A stretch of 63,693 nt of DNA, counting the filler, from Octopus bimaculoides (lineage: Eukaryota), in NCBI RefSeq assembly GCF_001194135.2. It is 10 parts of 10 records of this genome, joined end to end, with 100 filler letters (N's around TTAATTAATTAA, not from the genome) between each part and the next. Parts side by side here need not be neighbours in the genome. Positions count along the whole stretch, not along the records: positions 43,773 to 54,689 come from NC_068997.1; positions 54,790 to 59,105 come from NC_068986.1; positions 59,206 to 61,948 come from NC_069007.1; positions 62,049 to 63,693 come from NW_026324841.1; 6 more parts are not named here. The stretch is one strand, 5' to 3'. Positions 51,305-63,693 of the stretch are shown piece by piece. The position numbers and the translations under genes were made by a program. Below the pieces are notes generated by a model. It searched no databases, was not told the DNA's origin, and saw only the letters and a program-made list of their open reading frames with translations. Position 1 is the first letter of the stretch, and each line of letters opens with the position of its first letter.

Positions 51305-51595
51305 TACTGGGTGCTTTATATGTGGCACTGGCACAAATGCGGTATATGTGACACTAGGCACAGGTGCTTTTGTGACACCAGACAGGGGTGCTTTATATGT
51401 AGCCCCAGCATGAGCGCTTTAGATGTGGCCCTGGTGCAAGTGCTTTATATGTGGCACCGGCACAGGTACTTTATACATAGAACTGGCATAGGTGCCTCAT
51501 GCGTGACACTGGCATGGGTGCTTTATATGTGGCATTGGCATGGACACTATATGTGTGACACCAGCACAGGTGCTTTAAACATAGCACCAAACAGA
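51305..51595. repeat. ~26 bp minisatellite, about 11 degenerate units
   Basis: Consensus GTGCTTTATATGTGGCACTGGCACAG, contiguous with an RTE tail. Confidence 0.8.
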
Positions 51596-51723
51596 GAAAT
51601 GGCATTTGATAATGGAAAAGAATTAAAACTATAAAAAGAAAAAAAAAACACAGCAAGAGAGAGAGGTGAAGCAACATTTAGTTTAGACTAAACTGGCTTA
51701 ACAGAATCTCTCAGACTGCATAC

Positions 51724-51867
51724 CTTGATTCAGGAATCAGAGAACCATATCGAAGAGATAAGCTACCACCATTGTCATCCATACTGTGATCGTTCCAGAA
51801 TGAGTCACCGTGCATTTGATTTCTTTCAAAGGATCGCTTTGCAGGCCTTTCATCTTCATACCGCAAA
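51724..51867 (-). CDS. Coding exon 2 of the R/D/S-rich block (phase 2 to 2)
   Basis: tttttcttgtttcttag|T TTG..TCA AG|gtatgc; LRYEDERPAKRSFERNQMHGDSFWNDHSMDD..LIPES. Confidence 0.85.
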
Positions 51868-52056
51868 CTAAGAAACAAGAAAAATTCAATGATTAAAATA
51901 ATCATTGTACAGGATAAGAAAGCGTGTATGTGTATATATATATATATATATATANNNNNNNNNNNNNNNNNNNNNNNNNNNNNNNNNNNNNNNNNNNNNN
52001 NNNNNNNNNNNNNNNNNNNNNNNNNNNNNNNNNNNNNNNNNNNNNNNNNNNNNNTG

Positions 52057-52093
<37 letters not shown>

Positions 52094-53606
52094 GTGTGTG
52101 TGTGAACATGTGTGTTCTCAGGTATATGTAAGTGGCACACACACTCTCTGTCGCTCTCTCTCACACACACACACATCCATTTCACATACATGTTCATACA
52201 TCTTTCACTTTCATTTTCTCCTCTCTTTCACTTCAAAACAAAAGTAACAAGTGATTTTCAGGATAAAAATTGTTAAAAAAAAAAGCTTCTACTCATGTAA
52301 ATTGATTACTATTGTTTGGACAGTTCCAATTAAATAAGTCCAGAATTTACGTTAAATACATATACATACATAAGTACCGTAAATTCTCATTCTACAAACT
52401 GGCAAACAATTCCCTGAATACTTTACCAGGCAACACTGGGTAGTAAGTCTAGTATACATGAAAACAACCACAAATTTTGGAAAGGGTATATAGTCAATTA
52501 AATTGACTCCAGCAGCTTGAATAAGATTTGAAATCAGTGTATGAAGGGACATAACTGAATATGGCAAAGTAATTTGCCTGAGACGCTCCTAATTCTGCCA
52601 TCTCACCTCTTAATAATAATAATGATTTTCTGTAACATTAGTAAAGAGTCACAAATACGAAGAAAGAGAATTAGCTGATCACCATATTTGATGGCATAAA
52701 AGACACACAGACATATTAAATGTGGCAAGCTGGCTGAATCATGAGCATACTGAGCAAAATGCTTAGCAGTATGTTCTGAGTTCAAATTTCACCAAGATCA
52801 ACTTTGCCTTTCATTCTTTTGAGGTAGATAAAATAAGTACCAGTTGAATGCTGGGGTCGATTTAATCGCAATTTTTACTCCTACCTTCAAAACTGCTGGT
52901 CTTGTGCCAAAATTTTAAATCAATATTTAAAGTAACTTTGCATATAAGCTCCAGGGTGATTTTTTTTTTTTTGCAACATTTTTTTGTTAAAGAAAAGAAA
53001 ATGCATTTTATATACCAACAAATACAGTTAATCAACCCAAGTATTTGATACATATTTATTTTATTCACCCCAGAAGGACAGAAGGCAAAGTCTACTACAG
53101 CAACATTTGAACTCAGAATATAAGGATTGACAAACCCTGCCCTGAAAATTGCAGGCCTTGCGCCTAAATCATATTATTGGCAGAAAACTGGCAGAATTGT
53201 TAGCATGCCAGATAAAATATTTAGTAGCTTCATGTTCTGAGTTCAAATTCCAGCGGGGTCAACTTCACCTTTCATCCTTCCAATGGTCAGTAAAATAAGT
53301 ACCAGTTGATGTAATCGACAAGCTCCCTCCCATCAAATTTCTGGGCATTATGCCTATAGTTGAAGGACTTATTTTATTGATTGAACAGGGGGTACTCTGG
53401 CGGAATCTTTAGCACACTGGACAAAATACTTAGAGCCATTTCTTAAATCTGCTGAGGTCAACTTCACCTTTGCAAATATTGCAAAGCATTATATCCAATA
53501 CTCTAATGACTTTATCAATCGAATCCAATGCCTCGTTAATATACATTTCAGATTAAATAAATAAAGTGTAATTCCAGTATGTAATCTAGTTATAAGCATC
53601 TCTTAC

Positions 53607-53705
53607 CTGCTCAAAGAATGTGACCGCTCTCTTTTGGACCACATGTTACTTTCATTGACAGTGGCCAGTTTCCTTCTGGCTCTATCCAGTTTTTCTCTTT
53701 CTGTC
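53607..53705 (-). CDS. Coding exon 1 (first visible) of the R/D/S-rich block (phase 2 to 2)
   Basis: aatttcag|G ACA..AGC AG|gtaaga; TEREKLDRARRKLATVNESNMWSKRERSHSLS. Confidence 0.8.
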
Positions 53706-54970
53706 CTGAAATTAAGTGTTACAAACGTTAGAAAATATATACATTTTATCTTTTTACTAGTTTCAGTCACTGGACTGTGGCCGTGCTGAGCTACCACCTT
53801 GACCCCTGAAAGGTTCAGTCAAACAAACCAACTCCCTGCCTCCGGGACTTATTTTTAACCCTTTAGCATTCAGATTATTTTATCAAACATAATTCTTATT
53901 TATTCACATCATCATTTAACGTCCGCTTTCCATGCTAGCATGGGTTGGACGATTTGACTGAGGACTGGTGAAACCAGATGGCTACACCAGGCTCCAATCT
54001 GATTTGGCAGAGTTTCTACAGCTGGATGCCCTTCCTAATGACAACCACTCCGAGAGTCTTAATACCTCTGCTGTGGAGCATGGGTCATGTGTTTGTTCCC
54101 CCACCACCGCTCAACAACCAGTGTTGGTTTGTTTACAACCCTGTAAATTAGTGATTGATTCAACAAAAAAAAAAAAAGACCAGTTGACTAAGTACCAAGC
54201 TTTAAAAAATGTAAGTACTGAGGTCAATTTGTTCAATTAAACCAGTGGTTCTCAATGGGGGTCTATATGGCCATGGAGGGTGGGACCATATATGGTTTGG
54301 TTGTTAAAATTTATCTGCAATAAATCAATTATACTTTTACAATATACAGAATATTTTAATAATTATTTTTATCCATCTTCTCTTTTACTCTTTTACTTAT
54401 TTCAGTCATTTGACTGCGGCCATGCTGGAGCACCACCTTTAGTCGAACAAATCGACCCCAGGTCTTATTCTTTGTAAGCCTAGTACTTATTCTATCGGTC
54501 TCTTTTGCCGAACCTCTCAGTTACGGGGACGTAAACACACCAACATCGGTTGTCAAGTGATGGTGGGGGGACAAACACAGACACACAAACACATATACAT
54601 ATATATATATATGTATATGTTTTGTGTGTCTGTGTTTGTCCCACCAACATCGCTTGACAACCGATGCTGGTGTGTTTACGTCCCCATAGNNNNNNNNNNN
54701 NNNNNNNNNNNNNNNNNNNNNNNNNNNNNNNNNTTAATTAATTAANNNNNNNNNNNNNNNNNNNNNNNNNNNNNNNNNNNNNNNNNNNNACACACACGCA
54801 TTCACACACATACACACAATTGCACACACACACACACACACGCAGAGGTGCAGTATATACATATACAGAGCGAGAGAGAGAGAGAGAGACAGACAGAGAG
54901 AGTGAGAGAGACAGACAGATAGACAGAGACTGGAAGAGAAAGCGAAAGCGAGACAGGAGGTCAAGGAGGT

Positions 54971-55005
<35 letters not shown>

Positions 55006-55320
55006 AGGAAAGAAAGAAAGAAAGTGACCCAAGAACCTACGGCAACAGAAACAAGAAGAAAAACAATTAAACACAAAAGTTAACGAAAGCAACAACAACA
55101 ACAACAACAATTATAAATCTCGAACAAACAACAAAATAACAAAAATAACAACAATAAAGTTGTGAAAGAAATGACAAACAAATATAAGAGGAAATGAAGA
55201 GAGAATGGTGATAAAGAGATTAAATCAAATTCTAATGGAATATAATTGGAGGTAAGTGAAATATATTTAGGAATTGATGATGACGATGACGACGACAGTG
55301 ACGACGACGACGACGACGAC

Positions 55321-55362
<42 letters not shown>

Positions 55363-57709
55363 AATGATGACGATGATAGTGATAGCTGATGTTGAGGATA
55401 TGTAATAATATTAGCAATGATAAATAGTTATAGTAGTAGTAGTAGTGATAATAAAGCTTTCGAATTTTGGCACAAGGCCAGCAAGTTTGAGAGGTGGGGT
55501 CTAGTCGATTACATCGACCCCGGTGCTCAGCTGGTACTTATTTTATCGACCCCGTAAGGATGAAAGGCAAAGTCTTACATATTCATATACACCAACCCCG
55601 GTCAATTAAACACACATCGCGCCATACATTTGCCAGTGCTCCCTCTGCCTCTTTCTTCGAGTGCATATAAGGAGACACCATTTTCCTTTTTTTAAAAATA
55701 AAACAAAGATATATCTTTTTCCTAATACTGTTCTCGTTTAATTCGTTGGACAAGGAGCCACTGTCTTTACTCATAACGTCTCCCTTACACATTCTTTCGT
55801 TTCCTGGAATGTGTTCAGAGCTTCAACGCTAGCAAAGCTGTGGCTGTTGCCTTGGTTATTAAACTTATTTAAGCTATCGTTACCTTTTTAATTGTCTTTG
55901 TTTAAGTGTGAACGCGTATGCTCATAACTGTGTCTGCTTCTTCAGTAGTCATAATTTTTTTTCTGAGGTTCTTTAGCAAATCTGCGTTTTTGTTTACCAA
56001 ATTTTCTTATGCATTTTCAAAATTGTGGTGGGCATATTCTTTTCTACCACAAATCAAATTAGCGTCTTGTCCCATTCCTTCAGAAGAATATATATATTAT
56101 ATTACTCGAAAACAATGTTAACCAAAATATAGAATATATATAAACGTTCAAGGACAAACCTTATTTTCCCATCACAGGCTAATGGCATCAACGTTCATAA
56201 GTTTCTTGTCGTTTGTTCGTAAAAGGCGTCTTCGTCCTCCACAAAAATGCAGGAAACAAAAGAACAAATTCCTTTTCCATCAAATTAAACGTGTTAAATC
56301 CAATTATTCTCTGGGGCTGTGTTACACATGTCCGTTCTTCACAAACAACAGCAATGACGACAATGTAATGATAATAATAACATCAGCAACAACAAGAACA
56401 AAAAAATAATTATATATTCACAATCATCATCATCGTCATTTTAATCATTATCGTCATCGTCATCATCATCGTCATTGTCGTCGTCGTCGTTGTCATCCTC
56501 ATCCTCCTGCTCATCATAATCATCGTCATCATCATCGTCATTGTCGTCGTCGTTGTCATCCTCATCCTCCTGCTCATCATAATCATCGTCATCATTATTG
56601 TCACTTTTCAAAGTGACACACAGTCACTGATCTCATAAATAGAAAAATTATTATTTCTAATTCTCTGAATGAGAAACATTCAATGCTAGCACCCTAGAGT
56701 AAAGATTATACGCCAACATAATGTGGCAGTCTTGGTTAGGACAAATGTTACTGTTATTTAGCCCCAGAAAGCATAGTCTCCAGCTGGTTATATTTTCGAA
56801 CAAGGGAGTTTAGTGTCACCACTCAGCTCAAAATAATATCTGTGTTCCAATGGTTTCTAGATTATTTCCCTTCATCAGCACACAATACCTGCTTGGTTAA
56901 AGATGGCGACACTAAATTCTTGTTTGAAATATGTACTTTTCAAAGTGACACACATTACTTAAATAAGTAAGTTGGTGCAAACAGGAAAATAGAACTCAAA
57001 ATATGAGTATGTGTATATTTTTTATTGATATTCAGCAGAAGCAACAGAGTAACTCACATACCTTGTGTCTCATTGTTGCTTTTGCTATATATATATATAT
57101 ATATATAAATTACGGAGATGTACTTGCATAGCAAGTGACCTGATCTGAGACCATGTGCTGGAACGAAAACAATTGCAGCGTGGAAAGTATTTATAAACCA
57201 TTTAAGAAACACACAAAAACCGTTAGATTCACTTCAACATTTAAATTTAATTTGGCAACATCTTTTCGTCGCTTTGAGATCGCGACCTGTTCACTGACAA
57301 AATTCCGTGCTGCATATATATATCTATCTATATATATATATATATGGTAAAAATATATATGGTAAATGAAAGGTGGAAGATGGAATTTAGGAGAATTTAT
57401 TATTAATCACGACAATTGTTTCAACACATCTCCCGTCGATTCCTCACGGGTGGGACACTTAACAACTGGTTGAGGAACATCCGGCGGTGCAGATTTGTCT
57501 CATCGGGTGAAGAGATATAACTCGTTAGAATAACAGTTCTGTAACGTATCTTCTCGTTTAATAGAAAGAAAAGCAGCAAAACTAAGGAAATATCTTCATT
57601 TATATAGAAGATCAAAAATAAAATCACAGATGCCAAAAAGAAACGAATATGCAATACAGTGAGAAAAGCATTAACAATAACCGTTAACAAATATATGTAT
57701 ATGACTGGG

Positions 57710-58575
57710 TCTCCGTCGCTTAGAACGACACGTGCCTCAATTAATTCGATCAACGGAACAACCTGCACGTGGAAATTAACGTGCAAAATGACTGAGTACT
57801 CCGTAGATACGTGTACCCCTGACGTAGTTCTCAGGGAGATTCAGCGTGATACAGAATGCGACAAGGCTGGCCCTTTTGAATTATAGGTACTACTAATTGT
57901 TGCCAACTGAGTGCACTGGAGCAATGTGAAATAAAGTGCCTTGCACTAAAATCGATGGCCTCGTACCAAAATATATAATTCTTTATGGCCCATGAGGAGC
58001 TAAAAATATAGGGGACAAACAAGGAGACTAAGTCGATTACACCGATCCCAGTACGTAACTGGTACTTATTTAATTGACCCCAAAAGGATGAAAGGCAAAT
58101 CGACCTCGGTGGAATTTGAACTCAAAACGTAGCGGCAGGCGAAATAACGTTAAGCATTTCGCCTGGCGTGCTAACGTTTCTGCCAGCTCGCCACCTTTTC
58201 TTGTACCAAAAATATAGATATATATCTCTACCATTTTCTGTAATTCCTTCTGGTGAAGGGACGTAGCTTAGTGGTTGGGGTATCCAGCTCACAGTCTTTA
58301 AGTTATGAGTCTGGTTCACGGAGGCACGTGGTGTTCCTTGAGTAACATACTTTAGTTCACGTTGCTCCAATTCATTCATCCAGCAAAAATGCGTTGTTTC
58401 TGTGTTTCAAAGGGTCAGCCTTATTCCATTCTGTGTCACGCCAAATCTCACTGAGAACTACATGAGATGTACGCGTGTCTCTGGAGTGCTCAGCCACCTG
58501 CACGTTAATTTCACGAACAGGCTGTTCCGCTTATAGAAGCAACTACAATCTTTGTCCCCGCAACCGACGGAGTGT
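57710..58575. mobile_element. Inverted pair of SINE-D copies with a SINE-A copy between them
   Basis: 57710-57945(-) and 58255-58575(+) share GCACGTTAATTTC and GTTGCTCCA..CACTCA; SINE-A is at 58005-58195. Confidence 0.75.
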
Positions 58576-58940
58576 CTGGTAACTTCTTCTCCAGTTCCCC
58601 CATAGCTCGTTCTCTTCAGCTTTAATTTTCTTTCACGTACCTTAATCTCGTTGGCTCACTTCAACTTCACTCAATGCATAGTTTCCTCCTTTCTCCCCAG
58701 CTCTGTCTTTCTCTGTCTGCACGATAGATTTACCATAAATCGAACCACAGCTTTATTCTAATTATTAAGTCTTAATTAAATTTTTAGTTCTATTTACACT
58801 TATTGCACCCGCTTTATTCAGATAGCCCGTATAGCATATGTACATACGTATTAGTGTGAATACACGTGTACACAACAGACACGCAAGGGCACATACACAA
58901 ACACATATACGCACATACGTATATATGTATGTATATTTGA

Positions 58941-58978
<38 letters not shown>

Positions 58979-59053
58979 GTACATGCGCACATATATATAT
59001 ACATACATATATATGTATGTATGTAATGTAATGTATGTATGTATATATATATA

Positions 59054-59098
<45 letters not shown>

Positions 59099-59205
59099 GT
59101 ATATANNNNNNNNNNNNNNNNNNNNNNNNNNNNNNNNNNNNNNNNNNNNTTAATTAATTAANNNNNNNNNNNNNNNNNNNNNNNNNNNNNNNNNNNNNNN
59201 NNNNN

Positions 59206-59255
<50 letters not shown>

Positions 59256-59434
59256 TAATACATTGAATCAAAGAGTTTTGTTACAGTGACATATACATCA
59301 TATACAGAGAGAGATGTTTGTCTAAGATGAAAGCAAAAAGATAGTTATATAGGCAGATAGAGAGAAGATAAAAACATATAAAGTGATATAGTTTGAGAGT
59401 AGAAGAGACGTACATATATATAAATATATTTATG

Positions 59435-59493
<59 letters not shown>

Positions 59494-60619
59494 GTCTGTC
59501 TGTCTGTCTGTATGTCTGTCTGTCTGTCAGTCTTTCTGTCTGTCTGTCTGTCTGTATGTCTGTCTATCTATCTATCTATCTAGCTATATATGTATATATA
59601 TGCATGTGTATATATATATATATATATATATATNNNNNNNNNNNNNNNNNNNNNNNNNNNNNNNNNNNNNNNNNNNNNNNNNNNNNNNNNNNNNNNNNNN
59701 NNNNNNNNNNNNNNNNNNNNNNNNNNNNNNNNNNNNNNNNNNNNNNNNNNNNNNNNNNNNNNNNNNNNNNNNNNNNNNNNNNNNNNNNNNNNNNNNNNNN
59801 NNNNNNNNNNNNNNNNNNNNNNNNNNNNNNNNNNNNNNNNNNNNNNNNNNNNNNNNNNNNNNNNNNNNNNNNNNNNNNNNNNNNNNNNNNNNNNNNNNNN
59901 NNNNNNNNNNNNNNNNNNNNNNNNNNNNNNNNNNNNNNNNNNNNNNNNNNNNNNNNNNNNNNNNNNNNNNNNNNNNNNNNNNNNNNNNNNNNNNNNNNNN
60001 NNNNNNNNNNNNNNNNNNNNNNNNNNNNNNNNNNNNNNNNNNNNNNNNNNNNNNNNNNNNNNNNNNNNNNNNNNNNNNNNNNNNNNNNNNNNNNNNNNNN
60101 NNNNNNNNNNNNNNNNNNNNNNNNNNNNNNNNNNNNNNNNNNNNNNNNNNNNNNNNNNNNNNNNNNNNNNNNNNNNNNNNNNNNNNNNNNNNNNNNNNNN
60201 NNNNNNNNNNNNNNNNNNNNNNNNNNNNNNNNNNNNNNNNNNNNNNNNNNNNNNNNNNNNNNNNNNNNNNNNNNNNNNNNNNNNNNNNNNNNNNNNNNNN
60301 NNNNNNNNNNNNNNNNNNNNNNNNNNNNNNNNNNNNNNNNNNNNNNNNNNNNNNNNNNNNNNNNNNNNNNNNNNNNNNNNNNNNNNNNNNNNNNNNNNNN
60401 NNNNNNNNNNNNNNNNNNNNNNNNNNNNNNNNNNNNNNNNNNNNNNNNNNNNNNNNNNNNNNNNNNNNNNNNNNNNNNNNNNNNNNNNNNNNNNNNNNNN
60501 NNNNNNNNNNNNNNNNNNNNNNNNNNNNNNNNNNNNNNNNNNNNNNNNNNNNNNNNNNNNNNNNNNNNNNNNNNNNNNNNNNNNNNNNNNNNNNNNNNNN
60601 NNNNNNNNNNNNNNNNNNN

Positions 60620-60672
<53 letters not shown>

Positions 60673-61380
60673 CAGACAATAGCAGGACATATGCAACATG
60701 TTGATGCATTCATACACGTCGAGACATTCAGATAGTAAGCAAGACAGAGAGACAGAGAGACAGATAGAAAGAAGGAAAGAGAGAGGTAGAAACAAAAAGA
60801 GAAAGATATATCTCGAGAAAGAACGACTGTGAAATTGAGCGAAATACAGTCACGGAGACGAAACGTTGAGGTCACAGGAGGAATAGAACGAACACATAAA
60901 GAGAGCGAATACTGGAATACGTTTAACAGAATAGATAGCGTGTTAATAAACCAAGCATTACATATGTTCTAAGTTCTATGTATTTCACTGTAGTATCGAT
61001 TAGCTCAGCCTTCTGCATCTTATCTTCTTACGTCATCAAATCGTAGTTGTCGTTAATAGTCTCAACATAGCAGAACGGGTGCTTAAAACACACCGTTTTT
61101 GTTGGATTGCTGGAGTTAGTTATAAGGTGAGGTGACTAAATTAGGTTTCAATATTATGCAGTAGAGATTTCTCTATAATTTATTTCGTGATTAGTGAGAC
61201 AAAAGGCAACGTATTATATATAGGTGTCTGTGTGTGTGTGTTTGTGTGTGCGTGTGTACATCTGTCTCTATCTCTCCGTCTCTCTCTGTCTCTCTGTCTC
61301 TCTCTCTCTCTGTCTCTCTCTCTCTGTCTGTCTCTCTCTCTATATATACATATATATATACATACACACACATATATATA

Positions 61381-61448
<68 letters not shown>

Positions 61449-61747
61449 CACACACACACGCACACACACACACACATATATATATATATAGATATATATT
61501 TACATATATATATATACGTGTATATCTATATATATGTGTGTGTGTTTTGTGTGTCTGTGTGTGTGTGTGTTTACAGTATGCAGATGTGTGTTTGTATCTG
61601 TGAATATAAAGCAATTCACAGGAACGCACACACACATACACGCACACGCACACGGGGACGCAGACATGTGCGCATATACATGTGTATTCATATATATATA
61701 TATATATATATATATAAATGTGTGTGTATTCATATATATATATATAT

Positions 61748-61780
<33 letters not shown>

Positions 61781-62134
61781 ATATATATACATATATATAT
61801 TTATATATAGAGGGGGAAAGAGAGAGAGAACGTGCATATGCGTATTTGCGTATATAGATGTGTATATATACTTAGATATACTCATACATATACTTGTATA
61901 TATGTTTGTATATAAGCACTTACACATTTTTTGTTTATATATAGGTGTNNNNNNNNNNNNNNNNNNNNNNNNNNNNNNNNNNNNNNNNNNNNTTAATTAA
62001 TTAANNNNNNNNNNNNNNNNNNNNNNNNNNNNNNNNNNNNNNNNNNNNGTTATGTGTAAGAGTGTGTATAAAATAATAAATTGTTACTCACCCAATATGC
62101 TTTGTAGATAATGCATCATTTTTATATTTTTCAG

Positions 62135-62233
62135 GTGGATAAGTTGTCCTCGATCATTATTGCAAACGTCTGCAGCGTCATTCCATGATAGTTTCTTAGA
62201 ACTTATTCGAAAACATAATCTAAGTTCTGGTTG
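62135..62233 (+). CDS. Candidate plus-strand exon (phase 2 to 2), product unknown
   Basis: tttatattttttcag|G..TG|gtaagt; one frame is open as WISCPRSLLQTSAASFHDSFLELIRKHNLSSG. No recognisable homology. Confidence 0.3.
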
Positions 62234-63081
62234 GTAAGTATAGCCGGCTGACGTTGGGCATTCAGCTATAAAAAGACAAGGAAAATATGTTTCATGTGTT
62301 AGATTTTTTGGAAAAGAAATAACTTATATTAATTTCAGGCTGCCATTAACATTTAACTGATTTAGAAATATCGTTTCTTACCTAGTACACCTCAAATAAA
62401 ACTGATTCGTAATTGTACACTGGCAGGTAGAATTGATAGACAGTTCCCTTTCAGTTTCGATTTTGCATACATAACAAATCTCTTTCTAGAATTTTCTTTT
62501 CGACAGCACTCTGTCCACTTCCCATGCACGTAGTTCTTACGTGTTAAATCTCTTATTCCTCAATGTACAACAGGACATTGTGACCAGTCAATATTTCATC
62601 CATTAAGGTTAGAAATGTATACTCATAAACAATTTTGTATTCTCATCACCTATTTTGATACTTCTCGCCTCTTAATGAACGTGTATAGAAACAGGATGCT
62701 GCATCATTAATTTTAATTGATGGGGGGCTTGAGAAGGAATCAGTAGATCATAGGATAAATTAACTTGTAATATTTTTTCTGCTTTAAATCACTGAATTCA
62801 AATTCCACCCAATTTCACTTTATTCGCTTAAAAGTGTATTAGTAACAGATTGCATATTGAAGAAATTCCCGTCGTAAAGAAGTGCATTCAAAACAACACA
62901 CGAAAGAGCAAGAAGGATATAAGAATGCAGACAACCATTGTAGATTGAAAGAAACCTATTATTCCGTACTCTTCAAGAATCTTAAGGAATATTCTGGAAA
63001 TTCGAGGAAACTTATTATCATCAAGCTGCAGGAAAATATTCCTGCTAATTAGAAGGTAATAATTTTATACTTTCTTTAAGG

Positions 63082-63568
63082 GCCGGGTGTTAAAGTACTT
63101 GAAAGTCATGGACAGGTGAGATAACTCATCTTTAATCCCATCAAAGAGGGGTGGGGATCGATGTTTCACCATTTTAGTGGCCTACCAACATCACGTACCC
63201 GATCAGGATCGGAGATAAATTATTTGGCATGTTCACGACTTAAATGCATACAGCGTGCACACTATGTGCGGCCATGCATATGCAAGTATAAATTGAAATG
63301 TAAAATAGAAGCAGCTCTTGTGTTATAGATTATAATCATTCTGATCCACATGCACTGAATGTATATGTACATCACATGCACGTAATTCGTACGCGATATA
63401 CATATAAGCCATGGAGTGGCGAAATAATTTATCCCCAATCGTAATCGGGCACGTGACGTTGATAAACCACAAAAATGGCGAAACACAGATGTCCATCACT
63501 CCTAGATAGGATTAGAGATATGTTATTTCGCCTCTGTTTATGACTTTCAAGTATTTTGACATCCAGTG
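63082..63568. mobile_element. Old foldback/MITE with ~145 bp imperfect arms
   Basis: Arms 63082-63225 and 63422-63568 share TACTTGAAAGTCAT, ATAAC..ATCT.TAATCC.ATC and GATAAATTATTT in inverted orientation. Confidence 0.75.
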
Positions 63569-63693
63569 CTTCGAGAAAGCATTCTCCACCTTTCCTAAAT
63601 CGCAGTCTACTGGCAAATACACTAGACGCTTAAGTTCAGTATATGTGGTTCATAATGCGCATTGCCAAACTGCTATTTCATATTTCATTAACA

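Noticed and set aside
51305-51595. CRISPR-like periodicity
   Set aside because: Eukaryotic context, adjacent degenerate units, no spacers and no cas genes.
51724-51867. Naming the exon block SAFB/SLTM
   Set aside because: Only one short motif resembles it; no SAP, RRM or RE-rich coiled coil was found.
61032-61109. Open phase 2-2 minus segment (NPTKTVCFKHPFCYVETINDNYDLM) as an upstream exon
   Set aside because: Weak acceptor and no homology; such short open segments arise by chance.
62850-63055. Frame with a single in-frame TGA (possible selenocysteine read-through)
   Set aside because: No selenoprotein motif or SECIS was seen, and splicing from 62233 itself creates a stop.

Overview
Repeat-rich animal genomic DNA with many N gaps. 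It is probably a coleoid cephalopod (Octopus-like); this is inferred from extreme microsatellite density, tRNA-derived SINEs and RTE/RLE LINE relics, not demonstrated. Nearly all long ORFs in the track are microsatellite or N-run artefacts. Most of the window looks like intronic sequence of a minus-strand gene region. That region has four phase-compatible R/D/S-rich exons (53705-48811), one clear NF-kB p105/Relish-type Rel-homology-domain exon (23152-22991) and two further candidate exons, possibly a divergent death domain (18183-18075, 9100-9021). The rest is transposon debris: a Tx1/L1-like ORF1, Penelope, mariner/Tc1, hAT, pogo-like, two Gypsy elements, RTE, RLE-type LINEs, four SINE families and MITE/foldback elements. 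The most unusual item is a ~940 nt intronless insert at 44170-45107 (minus). It encodes a ~285 aa acidic protein split by one frameshift and is bounded by rhabdovirus-style gene-start (AACA) and gene-end (AGAAAAAAA) signals, so it is a candidate endogenous rhabdovirus-like phosphoprotein (P) gene. Also notable are a minimal hammerhead-ribozyme motif inside a 200-bp inverted Penelope-type repeat (40864-40911) and a set of retroposons anchored on (AAT)n/(ATT)n microsatellites. All family assignments come from motif recognition by eye; no database search was run.
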